DNA of 60,928 bases, the filler included, from Squatina squatina (Eukaryota), in NCBI GenBank assembly GCA_031763465.1. It is 3 parts of 3 records of this genome, joined end to end, with 100 filler letters (N's around TTAATTAATTAA, not from the genome) between each part and the next. Parts side by side here need not be neighbours in the genome. Positions count along the whole stretch, not along the records: positions 1 to 18,338 come from JARFOE010000056.1; positions 18,439 to 39,077 come from JARFOE010000100.1; 1 more part is not named here. One strand, written 5' to 3'. Below, piece after piece: positions 10,346-21,869 of this stretch (its first letter is position 1; every line of letters starts with the position of its first letter). Under the pieces are notes generated by a model. The model did no database searches. It was not told the DNA's origin and was given only the letters and a program-made list of their open reading frames with translations. A program made the translations under genes and the position numbers.

Positions 10346-11531
10346 TATCTCAGCAAAGGAAGACCAAGAAATTAATCAAAAAAAGGGAAAGAGAATGAGA
10401 GTAAACTAGTGAGAAACATAAAAACAAACTGTAAAAGCTTATATAGGTATGTAAAGGAAAAGATTACTGAAAGCAAATGTTGGGTCCCTTACAGGCAGAG
10501 CCAGGAGAATTTATAATGGGGAATAAGGAAATGGCAGTGAAATTAAACACAGAGGAAACCTGTCAGAAATACTAGAGAACCAAGGGTCTAGTGAGAATGA
10601 GGAACTAAAAGAAATTAGTATTAGGTAAAAAGAAAGGACTGGAGAAATTAATGGGACTGAAAGTTGATGAATCACCAGGACCTGATGTTCTGCATCCCAA
10701 GGTTTTGAAAGAGGTGGCTATAGAGATAGTGGATGCATTGGTTATAATCTTCCTAAATTCCATAGATTTCTGCAGATTGGAAGGTAGCAAATGCAACCTC
10801 ACTATTTTAAGAAAGGAGGGAGAGAGAAAACCGAGAACTATAGCCTGACATCGGTAGTGGGGAAAATGTTAGAACATTTAAAAAGTAATAAGAAGATTGG
10901 GCAGAGTCAACATGGATTTATAAAAGGGAAGTCATGTTTGACAAACTTGTTGGGAGTTTTTTGAGAATGTAACTAGCAGAATTGATAAGGAGGAACCAGT
11001 GGATGTGGTGTATTTGGATTTTCAGAAGTTATTCACTAAGGTGCCACACAAGAGGTTATTGAACAAAATTAGGACTTATGGGATTGGGGGTAATTTACTA
11101 GCATGGATTGAGGATTGGTTAACGGACAGAAAACCGAGAGTCGGAATAAACGGGTCACTGTAACTCGTGGGGTACTGCAAGAATCAGTGCTTGGGCCGCA
11201 GCTATTCGCAACTTATATCAATGATTTGGATGAGGGGACCAAATGTAATTTTTCCAATTTTGCTGATTATACAAAGCTAGGTGCGAATGTGAGTTGCGAG
11301 GAGGATGCAAAGAGCCTTCAAGGGGATATAGTCAGGCTAAGAGAGTGGGCAAGAACACGGCAAATAGAATATAATGTGGAGAAATGTGAAGTTTTTCACT
11401 TTGGTAGGAAAAATAGAAAAACAGAGTATTTTTTAAAATGGTGAGAGATTGGGTAATGTTGGTGTTCAGAGGGACCTGGGTGTCCTTGTATATGAATCAC
11501 TGAAAGTTAACATGCAGGTACAGCACGCAAT
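10346..11531 (+). mobile_element. CR1 LINE ORF2 (RT) fragment
   Basis: GLKVDESPGPDVLHPKVLKEVAIEIVDAL; VDVVYLDFQK; GVLQESVLGPQLF..INDLDEG..FADYTKL; frameshifted. Confidence 0.92.
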
Positions 11532-11631
11532 NNNNNNNNNNNNNNNNNNNNNNNNNNNNNNNNNNNNNNNNNNNNNNNNNNNNNNNNNNNNNNNNNNNNN
11601 NNNNNNNNNNNNNNNNNNNNNNNNNNNNNNN

Positions 11632-12466
11632 TGCCGACAGCAATGACATGCAGGGTTTTTTCAGGGCAGTCAAGGACATCTACGGCCCAAACACCCAAGG
11701 ATCCACTCCACTGAGAGTGAAGAACGGTGTCGTGCTCATTAAGAGAGGCAGTCAGCACCCGCTGGAAGGAGCACTTCGAGGAACTCAACCAAGACTCGGT
11801 CTTCGACGCCCGAGCCCTCGACTCCATCCCACAACATCTGACTCGACACCACCTCAGCACAATCCCTGCCCTACCTGAGGTCATCAGACCATCGGACAAC
11901 TGGAAGACAACAAGGCCTCCGGCGCAGATGGAACCCCTGCAGAAACACTAAAATACGAACGACAGAGAGGCACTTATGGCATGAATCCATGAGCTCATCT
12001 CCCATATTTGGGAGGAGGAGAGCATGCCAGGTGATCTCAGAGGTGCCATAATTGTTACCATCTTTAAGAAAGGAGACAAGACTGATTGCGGAAACTACAG
12101 AGGGGTCTCCCTGCTGTCTGCCACAGGGAAGGTCATTGCAAGAATCCTCCTCAACCATCTCCTGCCAGTGGCTGAAGAGCTCCTCCCTGAATCACAATGT
12201 GGCTTCCGCCCGGCCAGGGGAACAACAGACATGATTTTCAGCGCACGCTAAATTCAGGGAATAAACCTTTGTACATGGCCTTCTTCGACCTTACAAAGGC
12301 CTTCGACACTGTCAACCGGGAGGGATTATGGAGCGTTCTCCTCAAGTTTGGCTGCCATGCATAAATTTATCGCCATTCTCTGCCTGCTTTACGACAACGT
12401 GCAAGCAGTGATTCTCAGCAACGGCTCAACAACAGACCCAATTCAAGACTGTGTCATCGCACCGAC
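11632..12466 (+). mobile_element. RTE-clade LINE RT fragment
   Basis: RWKEHFEELN; MPGDLRGAIIVTIFKKGDKTDCGNYRGVSLLSATGKVIARILLN..LPESQCGFRPARGTTDMIFSAR; FFDLTKAFDTV. Confidence 0.92.
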
Positions 12467-12566
12467 NNNNNNNNNNNNNNNNNNNNNNNNNNNNNNNNNN
12501 NNNNNNNNNNNNNNNNNNNNNNNNNNNNNNNNNNNNNNNNNNNNNNNNNNNNNNNNNNNNNNNNNN

Positions 12567-13456
12567 CAGACAAATGAAGGCTGAGGTCCAACAAAAAACC
12601 CTGGGACCTAAAGAATAGATGGTGGGTGGAAAGAGCACTGGAGATCCAGCAACTCGCTGACAACCCTGATGTGCGTAGATTCTTCAGCGCAGTCAAGATC
12701 ATCTACGGCCCAAACACACAAGGACCTACCCCGCTGAGAGCGAAGAAGAGAGATGTGCTCAAGGGCAGAGATGCAGTCAGCGCCCGCTGGAAGGAGCATT
12801 TCGAGGAACTCCTCAACCAAGACTCGGTCCTCGATGTGAGAGCCCTCGATGCCATCCCACAGCATCTTACCTGCCACTATCTCAGCACAACTCCTGCCTG
12901 ACACGAGGTTGAAAAGGTCATCCAGTAGCTGATAAACAAGGCCTGCAGCGCAGACGGAATCCCCGCCGAAATACTAAAGTCTGGCAGTGAGGCACTNNNN
13001 NNNNNNAGAGCATGCCAGGAGATCTCAGAGACGCTGTAATCGTGGCCATCTTCAAGAAAGGAGACAGGTCCGATTGCGGAAACTACAGAAGGGTCTCTCT
13101 GCTGTTCGCCACATGGAAGGTCGTCGCAAGAATCCCCCTCAACCGTCTCTTTCCAGTGGCTGGAGAGCTCCTTCCAGAGTCACAATGCGGATTCCGCCCA
13201 TCAAGAGGCACAATGGACATGATCTTCAGGTGTGGCAAGTCCAAGAAAAGTGCAGAGAGCAGCATCAGCCTCTGCACATGGTCTTTTTTGACCTCACAAA
13301 GGCCTTCAACTCAGTCAACCAGGAGGAATTCTGTAAGGCCCTCCTCAAATTTGCCTGCCCGCAAAAATTAGTCACCATCTTCCACCTGCTCCACGATGAT
13401 ATGCAAGCTGTGATCCTCACCAACGGCTCAACCACAGACCCAATACAAGTATAAAC
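12567..13456 (+). mobile_element. Second RTE-clade LINE RT fragment covering the same ORF region
   Basis: IYGPNTQGPTPLR..RWKEHFEELLNQ; MPGDLRDAVIVAIFKKGDRSDCGNYR; FFDLTKAFNSV. Confidence 0.92.
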
Positions 13457-13556
13457 NNNNNNNNNNNNNNNNNNNNNNNNNNNNNNNNNNNNNNNNNNNN
13501 NNNNNNNNNNNNNNNNNNNNNNNNNNNNNNNNNNNNNNNNNNNNNNNNNNNNNNNN

Positions 13557-13680
13557 CCAGAGTCACAATGCGGATTCCGCCCATCAAGAGGCACAATGGA
13601 CATGATCTTCATTGTGCCTCTTGATGGACGGAATCTGCATTGTGGCTCAGGGAGGAGCTCTTCAGCCATTGGAGAAGCAG
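13557..13680. repeat. Inverted (fold-back) RTE junction
   Basis: 13561-13598 is nearly reverse-complementary to 13610-13647, with an 11-nt loop. Confidence 0.8.
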
Positions 13681-14209
13681 GAACAAGCAGACAGGGTAGC
13701 AACATCCCACGTGAGGTGTTAATATCAGATTGACTAGAATAATGGAGAAGGTAACACGTAGACTAGTTGCAAAATCACGTTGTCCATCTGAGATCATTTC
13801 AATGTTATCTCATGATCTTTTAAAGTGCCAGGCACAAAACTACAGTTTAAGTTGAGCAATAGTCAAACAAACAGCTAGGCCATTATCCGTTGGACAGAAG
13901 TGCTAACTACAGCTGTGATGGTTCAGGAAATGTGATAGAGGTATTGATGCATGTAATTGACTCTCCAGGGGACAAGACTGCAGTCTGCAACTTTCTTGTT
14001 TCTTGGGTTTTAAAAGCAGAAGCAAGACTGCAGTTCAAATTGTAGGGTCAAAATTAGGATTCACGCCAAGTGAGTGTGGAGTCAAGGCAACGGAGGAAGG
14101 CACAGCTTGACGGGCGACTGGCCAAGGGACTTTGGGCTCTACCCAAAATAGGGGTGGGTAATATCCGTTCTTGCCTTATTCTGTTAACTACCACTTAAAT
14201 ATTTGCATA

Positions 14210-14905
14210 TAAGAGTGATTGAAGATAAAGGCCTCAAACCCAGCACCAAGCTCATGGTCTACAGGGCAGCAGTGATACCTGCCCTTCTGGATGCATCAAA
14301 GACATGGATAATTTATAGAAGACACCTCAAAGCACTGAAGAAGTATCACCAACAGCCTCTGCAAAATCTTGCAAATCCACTGGCAGGATAGGCATAGCAA
14401 ATATCAGTGTCCTCTCACAGGCCAACATCCCCACCATCGAGGCACTGACCAGGCTTAGTCAGCTGCGATGGGCAGGCCACATCGGCTGCATGTCTGTCAC
14501 GAGAATCCCGAAACAAACTCTCTATTCTGAGTTCAGTCACGGCAAGCGATTACCAGGAGGGCAGAGAAAACACTTCAAGGGCATCCTCAAAGCCTCTCTG
14601 AAAAAATGTAACATCCCCACCGGCTCATGGCAATCCCTGGCCCAAGACTGCCCGAACTGGAGGAGAAGCATTCGAGAAGGCACCGATTACTTCAAGCTTC
14701 CTTGACGGGAGCACATGGAAGCCAAGCACAAACGGCGGAAGGAGCATCCAACAATCCGAGTATCCCACCCATTCGCCTCATCAATCGCCACCTGCCCCAC
14801 CTGTGGCAGAGTCTGAGGATTCCATATAGGACTCATGAGTCACCTCAGAACCCACAATACTGGATCGGAAGCAAGTCATCCTTGACCCGAGGGACTGCCT
14901 AAGAA
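14210..14905 (+). mobile_element. RTE-clade LINE 3' end
   Basis: KPSTKLMVYRAAVIPALL; QLRWAGHI; RIPKQTLYSE..GGQRKHFK; terminal CPTCGR..SHLRTH zinc-finger remnant. Confidence 0.9.
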
Positions 14906-15169
14906 AAAGATTCGGTTTTACCCATGCTGCCACTAGTGTTAGCTTTGTTTCCACTCATGTTTCATACTAATGCTGTAGGTAAGCTTTAGCTCCCTGTGTT
15001 CCAGAGAGTGGTTCGACTTGTCCAGATACTTGGGGGAAATCTGCAGTTTGCCTAAGAAACAAAAAACCCTTTTCAGCTTATTTCAACTGTTGGTTTTATC
15101 ACCTTCCCTCACATGATTCTCCTTGTCTTTTCGAGGTGGCAAAATAACCTTGGACTTTGACTACCAAAC

Positions 15170-15270
15170 ATTCAGAGGAAAACCACAAGAATGATTCCCA
15201 ATTTAAAGAACCTTAGGTATTCAGATAGGTGTAAAGAGATTGGCCTATTTACTTTGGAGCAGCGTCGACT
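15170..15270 (+). mobile_element. Short CR1 fragment
   Basis: QRKTTRMIPNLKNLRYSDRCKEIGLFTLEQRRL. Confidence 0.75.
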
Positions 15271-15391
15271 TGGGGGGATGGGGGCACACTTNNNNNNNNN
15301 NNNNNNNNNNNNNNNNNNNNNNNNNNNNNNNNNNNNNNNNNNNNNNNNNNNNNNNNNNNNNNNNNNNNNNNNNNNNNNNNNNNNNNNNNNN

Positions 15392-16867
15392 TGCGGATTT
15401 TCCTACCTGCCTGTTTTACTTCTGCTGACTCTGTGCAACAACTGTCTGTTGGTGAGTGTGTCTGCTCTGAACTGTCACTCCGACTGCATCTGTGCCAGTA
15501 ATATCGTCAGCTGCTCCAAAAGGGAGCTGGTGAACATCCCCAACTCTCTGCCGGACTACACAGCCGTCCTGGACCTCAGCTACAACCGGCTGAGCCGCTT
15601 GAGAGCAGAGTGGACCAAGGTCCGTCTGCCCAGGCTCCACACTCTGCTCCTCAGCCACAATGGTTTGTTCTTCACATCCGAGGAAGCCTTCACGGAGGTG
15701 CCACACTTAAGGTACCTCGACCTGTCCTCCAACAAGCTCACCACTTTGCAGGAGTTGCATTTCCAGGGGCTGGGAGAGCTTGAGGTCCTGCTGTTGTACA
15801 ACAACCAGATCTCTCAGATTGAAAGGTCCGCCTTTGAAGGCTTGGACAGGCTTCAGAAGTTGTACCTGAGTCAAAATCTCATCACTCGCTTCCCGCTGGA
15901 GCTGGTGAAGGAAAGCACCAGGCTGTCTGGACTGGAACTTTTGGATGTGTCCAGTAACAAGATCAAATTGCTGTCTGTTCCAGAGCTGAACAGTCTCCCC
16001 GCGTACCTCAAAAATGGTCTGTATTTCCACAACAACCCCCTGATCTGCGAGTGTAGCTTGTACCTCATGGTCACCCAGTGGCACGCTCGACAGCTCAGCT
16101 CTGCGGTGGACTTCAAGAACCAGTTTAAGTGCGTCCTGCCCTCAAACCACANNNNNNNNNNNNNNNNNNNNNNNNNNNNNNNNNNNNNNNNNNNNNNNNN
16201 NNNNNNNNNNNNNNNNNNNNNNNNNNNNNNNNNNNNNNNNNNNNNNNNNNNNNNNNNNNNNNNNNNNNNNNNNNNNNNNNNNNNNNNNNNNNNNACCCCG
16301 GCCAACGAGACGGTGCAGGCCGGCCACAACAACCAAAGTCTCAAGGTCTTGCCCGATGGCAGCCTGTGGCTCGGCAATCTGAGACCTGAGGATTCAGGGA
16401 CTTACACTTGCCTGGCCAGCAGCAGCCAGTTCAACGAGACAATACACGTGCAACTGAGGGTGCACAACTCCACGGCGAGTCCGGCGCACGAGTCACTCAA
16501 CACGGCCTACACCACACTGGTTGGGTGCATTGCCAGCGTTGTTCTGGTTCTCATCTACTTGTACCTCACGCCGTGTCGCTGCCGGTGCAGGAACGAAGCC
16601 GAGAAGCAGAGGAGCCAGCAGGAGGAGAGCATTCACTCGTCCATGCTGAGTGCCACCTCCACTCATGACATCTCGGTGGACAAAGCCGCCATGGATCGGC
16701 GCGTGGCCTTCATCGAGCCGGCCAAGGACGCACAAGGGCAGAACGGGAAGCTCAAACCCAACGCCGTGGAGGAATTCGAGGATAAGAGGCTCCTGACGGT
16801 ACCCAGAAAGAAATCGGACTGCGGCTCCATTGGTTCCACGTCCTCGGACTCTCCCATTGTCATTTAA
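15392..16867 (+). CDS. AMIGO1: Amphoterin-induced protein 1 (LRR-Ig type I membrane protein); single coding exon, start codon lost in the gap, internal gap 16152-16294
   Basis: Signal peptide, LRRNT (CHSDCICASNIVSCSK), six LRRs, LRRCT, Ig (PEDSGTYTC), TM (LNTAYTTLVGCIASVVLVLIYLYLTPCRC) and C-terminal SDSPIVI. LSRLRAEWT, RFPLELVKE, KNGLY and RQLSS favour AMIGO1 over AMIGO2/3. Confidence 0.9.
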   Translation, partial: CGFSYLPVLLLLTLCNNCLLVSVSALNCHSDCICASNIVSCSKRELVNIPNSLPDYTAVLDLSYNRLSRLRAEWTKVRLPRLHTLLLSHNGLFFTSEEAFTEVPHLRYLDLSSNKLTTLQELHFQGLGELEVLLLYNNQISQIERSAFEGLDRLQKLYLSQNLITRFPLELVKESTRLSGLELLDVSSNKIKLLSVPELNSLPAYLKNGLYFHNNPLICECSLYLMVTQWHARQLSSAVDFKNQFKCVLPSNHXXXXXXXXXXXXXXXXXXXXXXXXXXXXXXXXXXXXXXXXXXXXXXXXTPANETVQAGHNNQSLKVLPDGSLWLGNLRPEDSGTYTCLASSSQFNETIHVQLRVHNSTASPAHESLNTAYTTLVGCIASVVLVLIYLYLTPCRCRCRNEAEKQRSQQEESIHSSMLSATSTHDISVDKAAMDRRVAFIEPAKDAQGQNGKLKPNAVEEFEDKRLLTVPRKKSDCGSIGSTSSDSPIVI

Positions 16868-17351
16868 CGTGATAGACTTTTGCCATGGTCTGCGAAACGC
16901 GCACAGGCTGCTGGCAAGCTACAGGCCAAGGGCTGTCCGAGCTTGGGCTTCACCAGCAGCCCGTGGGATAACCTTATAACTCTCGATTCGGCCAAAACAA
17001 CTCGCAGGCACGACGTGAGACTGCACGGCTCAGGGTGAGATCTTCACTGTCCGCAATATTCCCCAATATCTATTTATTTTTCTTTAAATTACTTTACAGT
17101 CCCAGCTGACTAACCGTGCATAGGCTTTGCAGCTTTCCAGAATGCAGCTATGCCCAGCAGCTACTTGCTGCAGCAGTGACAGGGCCTGAATCAAGTGGCT
17201 GGGATGATTAACTCTACTTGGCCAGTAGAACGCTTCCGTGTGAGACCTCTGNNNNNNNNNNNNNNNNNNNNNNNNNNNNNNNNNNNNNNNNNNNNNNNNN
17301 NNNNNNNNNNNNNNNNNNNNNNNNNNNNNNNNNNNNNNNNNNNNNNNNNNN

Positions 17352-17653
17352 CCTTCTTTTGGATGAGACGTTAAACCGAGGCCCCATCTGCCCTCTCAGG
17401 TGAATGTAAAAGATTCCCTGGCGCTATGTCAAAGAGTCCTGGCTAATATTTATCCTTCAATCAATGGCACTAAAACATATTATCTGGTCATTTATCACAT
17501 TGCTGTTTGTGCGAGCTTGCTGTGCACAAATTGGCTGCCCCGTTTCCTGCATTACAACAGTGACTACACTTCAAAAGTACTTCATTGGCTGTAAAGCGCT
17601 ATGAGACGTTGAGAGTTTGTGAAAGGCGCTATAGAAATGCAAGTCTTTCTTTT
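17352..17653 (+). mobile_element. Deu-domain SINE (SacSINE1-like)
   Basis: ggatgagacgttaaaccgaggcccc..gctgtgcacaaattggctgcc..gtgactacacttcaaaag..aaggcgctatagaaatgcaag. Confidence 0.85.
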
Positions 17654-18382
17654 TACAGAAGTGACTGCACTTCAATAATAACAAAATCTACGTGAAGTGC
17701 TTTGTAACATTTCTCAGTTGTCTGATATAAATGTGAATACTCTCCATCCCCATTCTCACACCAAGCTGCGTTTTTAGAAGTTATTACACAGGAAGCTTGA
17801 AAAATTCTAATAAAACTTTATTTAAAAAAAATATCCAAATTGCTCACCAAACAGCGATAAACAACAAAAAAACCTTTATTCAAACGTCTGTTTGGGTGTT
17901 ATAAATTATACATTTATTTGCTTATAAACCAAAAAACACTGTGAGGTCTAAAGTCAATATAAAAAAAATCCCATAAATATTAGTCAGACAGTAATTATTC
18001 AAAGCAAACTTTCTCCAGCACGTGTACAGGAGGCAGCCTAGGCCAGCCTCGAGCCAATGATGAATGGAATGTCGAGTCCACAGGGTGAATGACTCGCAAT
18101 TGGGGGAGGGGAACTGGGAGTGGATTGGGAGTCCAATAGTGATTGATCCCAGCTGAGAAAGGAGCAGGGGGAAGTGTGCTGGCCCTCAGCGCCCCAGTCT
18201 GATTCCCATCCATCATCACAATAGAGTGACCCTTGCTGAAATGCACATGTGTACGAGAGAATTGAGCTTGGCTGTGGTGCCTTCCATGGTCGAACAGCCT
18301 ACCAAACACTCACCATCCACCCTCGTGGCTGTTTCTTTNNNNNNNNNNNNNNNNNNNNNNNNNNNNNNNNNNNNNNNNNNNN

Positions 18383-18394
18383 TTAATTAATTAA
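18383..18394. other. Artificial six-frame stop linker (scaffold join)
   Basis: TTAATTAATTAA centred in a 100-nt N block. Confidence 0.95.
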
Positions 18395-18758
18395 NNNNNN
18401 NNNNNNNNNNNNNNNNNNNNNNNNNNNNNNNNNNNNNNTGGATGGATTAGGTTATTCTGTTGGATAGAACATAAGGTTAAATAAGATTTGGTTACTGTGC
18501 AGGCAAGGTGTGTAAGTCGCCAGTGCTACTGATGTGTATTTAGTGCAACGCAGATGTCGATAGGCATGAAGAAAGCCAAATCGTATATGGAAACTACAAT
18601 TCTAATCTGCATGGAAAAATATAAGATATGAGGTATGCTTGATGAAATCACTGGCAAATACATCCCTTTCTATTCTACCACTCCCTCCAGACATTCAAGG
18701 CCAAAGAATTCAAAATCTGTTGCTTATCTCCTGTGACTCACCATGCCCACCAATTGAA

Positions 18759-19142
18759 TTACATAGAATTTACAGCACAGAAACAGGCCATTCAGCCCAA
18801 CTGGTCTAGTCCATGCCGGTGTTTATGTTCTACTCGAGCTTCCTCCCACCCTACGTCATCTCACCCTATCACCATATCCTTCAATTCCTTTCTCCCTCAT
18901 GTGTTTATCCAGCTTCCCCTTAAGTGCATCGATACTATTCACCTCAACCACTCCCTGTGGGAGCGAGTTCCACATTCTCACCATTCTCTGTGTAAAGAAG
19001 TTTCTCCTGAATTGCCTATTGGATTTATTAGTGACTATCTTATATTTATGATCCCTGGTTTTGGACTCGCCCACAAGAGAAAACATTTTCTCTATGTCTA
19101 GCCTATCGAACCCCCTTCATAATTTTAACAACCTCTAGTAGG
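18759..19142 (-). mobile_element. CR1 3' end
   Basis: MFSLVGESKTRDHKYKIV..RRNFFTQRMVRMWNSLPQGVVE..KGKLDKHM. Confidence 0.9.
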
Positions 19143-19419
19143 TTTGTGCTTGTTTTTTTTCTCCTGAAGCCCTATAATCTTTTCCTGTTCTCCAGCACAT
19201 CGATATTGATGAAAAGATTGTTTTCCACCAGGGTCAGGAGGTTAATTTCCTGCTTGTTAAGGTGCTGAACCGTGATAATCTTCTGATTGGTTTGACTATA
19301 ACCAACAAGTAATGGATTGCATGGCTATGCTGAAGGGAAACTTCGCACCTCTTAGTAAATTCTTCACATTTTGAAGAAGAATTGTGAACAGATAGAGCTG
19401 TGGAGAGAGTAAGGTAGGG

Positions 19420-19532
19420 TTAACGATTCAGGTCGTGTGAAAGGTCATCAACCTGAAACACTGACCCTACCTTCCTCTCTCCGTAGAGGCTGTCTGACCT
19501 GCTGAGTGTTTCCTGCATTTTGTGTTTTCATT
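19420..19532 (+). repeat. Short repeat resembling the terminal region of shark Penelope-like elements
   Basis: acctgaaacactgac..gctgtctgacctgctgagtgtttcctgcattttgtgtttt; related pieces near 26845 (-) and 30600 (+). Confidence 0.5.
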
Positions 19533-19755
19533 AGAAGTTATTACATTCATCTTCCCCAACGCCAATGCACAGAACCCAGGGAAAGGATTAATGCTGGGTC
19601 AGTTAAGCTCTTCAAAGCCAGATAACTATCTGGTTAGGAATAGGATAGAAGGGATAAGTGTCGACAGAAATATTCTTAGGAATGTGATGGTTCCTGTGCT
19701 GTTGGAACAATGGAAGTGTCACCTGCAGAAGAGAACCAGCTAGATTTGGATAATG

Positions 19756-19967
19756 GAGTCATATCTTACAGCATAGAAGAGGGCCATTCGGCCCATCGTG
19801 CCTGAACTGGCTCTTTGCAAATGCTGTCCAATTTAGATCCATGCCCCAGCCTTTTCCCCATAACCCTTCCAATACATTTTAATAGTTACTATGGAATCTG
19901 ATTCCTTCACCCTTTCAGGCATTGCGTTCCAGATCATAACAACCCACTGAGTGAAAAAAAATCTCCT
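19756..19967 (-). mobile_element. CR1 3' end
   Basis: gcatagaagagggccattcggcccatcgtgcctg..ccctttcaggcattgcgttccagatc. Confidence 0.8.
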
Positions 19968-20237
19968 GAATCATTGAATAATTAAGCAATGGAAGATAGT
20001 AATTGGATGACTCCTGGTGCTTAAGAATAGTTTTTTTTTTAAAAAGGAACTTTCCCTCAGGTTATTAGCTAAATGCTTAAGATAGTCTGTGCATGATCTG
20101 TGGAAAGAGTAGTGCCTTTGTTAAAGTGAATTTTATAGATGGCCTCAGTTGGATATTGCTGATTCACAAGGTTATAAAACAGCAATATATTAAATGAGTA
20201 ATACACATATTTCATAGATGCAGATGCACTGACTCAC

Positions 20238-20381
20238 CTCCAAAATAATAACTGTTTCCTGAATTAATCTGTGCGGTTGAATGAACAGTCGAGGCAGGAT
20301 CATTGTCCAATGTGATGCTAACATGATTCCTTCTTGCATTGAAATGAATGGAATGCCACTGTCCATCATTCAGCTCTGTAC
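20238..20381 (-). CDS. Contactin-associated protein-like (CNTNAP3/4/5 group), second laminin-G domain exon, 144 bp
   Basis: ttttgcag|GTACAG...TTTGGAG|gtgag; (G)[47 protein letters not shown](G). Not in the ORF track. Confidence 0.92.
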
Positions 20382-20924
20382 CTGCAAAATGTAAATCAGA
20401 TCATCATAACATTGCAGACACTGCTGTTAGCAGCAAGATGAAATAAACATGATAAATGGAGGCAATACATCTTGCACTGAACTTATGCAGCCATGTCATC
20501 GCCATTCACAATAGTTCTTTGTGTGAATTCTTGTTCAGATACCAGCATCTTTAATGCTTTCAGAATAACAGATGAGCAGTAATGTACTTCTGAGAGGTTT
20601 ATAGTCATGCATTGATTTTCAGCTGATGTGTGTANNNNNNNNNNTGCCATCTGTTGTTTAACCTAATATGTACATCACTGAAAAACATGAAAACTTAACT
20701 TGTTTCTTAAATGGTGTTTTGGTATCCATCACACCATACGATATCAGGAAAAAACACATGAATGGATTCATGGAAAATATTGCTTGTGCGCTATTTTACC
20801 AAAGTCATTAACCCATCTAAAATCTATCAAAATTCCTACAGTGGATGTGTACTTTCTACATTTGTATGACAATAAGAACGCAGTGTATGACTTTAAAATG
20901 GGCCTGAATTATGTCGATGGGCTT

Positions 20925-21365
20925 TAGTCTCAGGCTTGAGCATTTCAATTGACCCAGCATCCACAGCCTTTTGAGGGAGAGATTTCCAGGTTTTTTCTAC
21001 CCTCTGTGTGAAAAACTTCCCTGATTTCACTCCTGAATGGTNNNNNNNNNNNNNNNNNNNNNNNNNNNNNNNNNNNNNNNNNNNNNNNNNNNNNNNNNNN
21101 NNNNNNNNNNNNNNNNNNNNNNNNNNNNNNNNNNNNNNNNNTCGGCCCAACATGTCAGTGTTTATGCTCTACATGAGGCTCCTCCTACCCTTCTTCATCT
21201 AACCCCATCAACATACTCCTTCCCCTTAAATGCTATTCTCCTCAAATACTCCCTGTGGTAGGGCGTTCTGCATTTTAATCACTCTCTGGATAAAGAGGAT
21301 TCTCCTGAATTCCCTATTGGATTTATTAGTTGTCTATCTTATAATTATGGCCCCTAGTTCTGTTC
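20925..21365 (-). mobile_element. CR1 3' fragments on either side of a gap
   Basis: FFTQRVEKTWKSLPQKAVDAG, and a second NPLYPESD*NAERPT-like degenerate copy. Confidence 0.75.
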
Positions 21366-21444
21366 TCACCCGCAATGTGGATCAGGCATTTAAGCATTTC
21401 TTTTCAATGTCTGATTTGCCTTATTCTTTAAGTACAAGTCTTAC

Positions 21445-21629
21445 CTCGTAATCAATATCCAGATAATCAAACTCTCCTTTGGTTCGAAAGTGCTGAGTGT
21501 GCTTATCCATGGTGAAATTCACTTGCTTGTTGTAACGTTCGATTGTAATAGAATGCCAGTGCTGATCGTCCAGCAGGCTTCCCAGTGTGACCGAGGTGTG
21601 GCCAGTGATGGAATGCAACTTTGCGTCAC
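21445..21629 (-). CDS. CNTNAP3/4/5-group first laminin-G domain exon, 185 bp
   Basis: tttcag|GTGACG...TACGAG|gtaag; (G)[61 protein letters not shown]. Confidence 0.94.
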
Positions 21630-21869
21630 CTGAAATATAGAAAGTTCACTTTACAGTTACACTTTCCCAAATCAATGAAACATTTAACAAGCTGTTCCTT
21701 TGAAAGGAATGCATGAAGCTATTGCCTCAGAAATGGAAATCCAGCTGAGCTTTTTTAATAAAATATATGGATACTGGAACTGTGAAATCGGTACAGAAAA
21801 CTGGTTTGAAAAATTTCAAATGGTGGAAATCCACCTGAAATATTGAATTTTACAGCAGAAAAGAAACCA

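Noticed and set aside
15191-15391. Apparent LINE-derived N-terminus fused to AMIGO1 in the 558-aa ORF
   Set aside because: The ORF caller read through a 100-N gap; the first part is a CR1 fragment on a different contig.
18314-18338. Possible exon end with a perfect GATG|gtgagt donor on the minus strand
   Set aside because: Only 25 nt before the gap; too short to assign.
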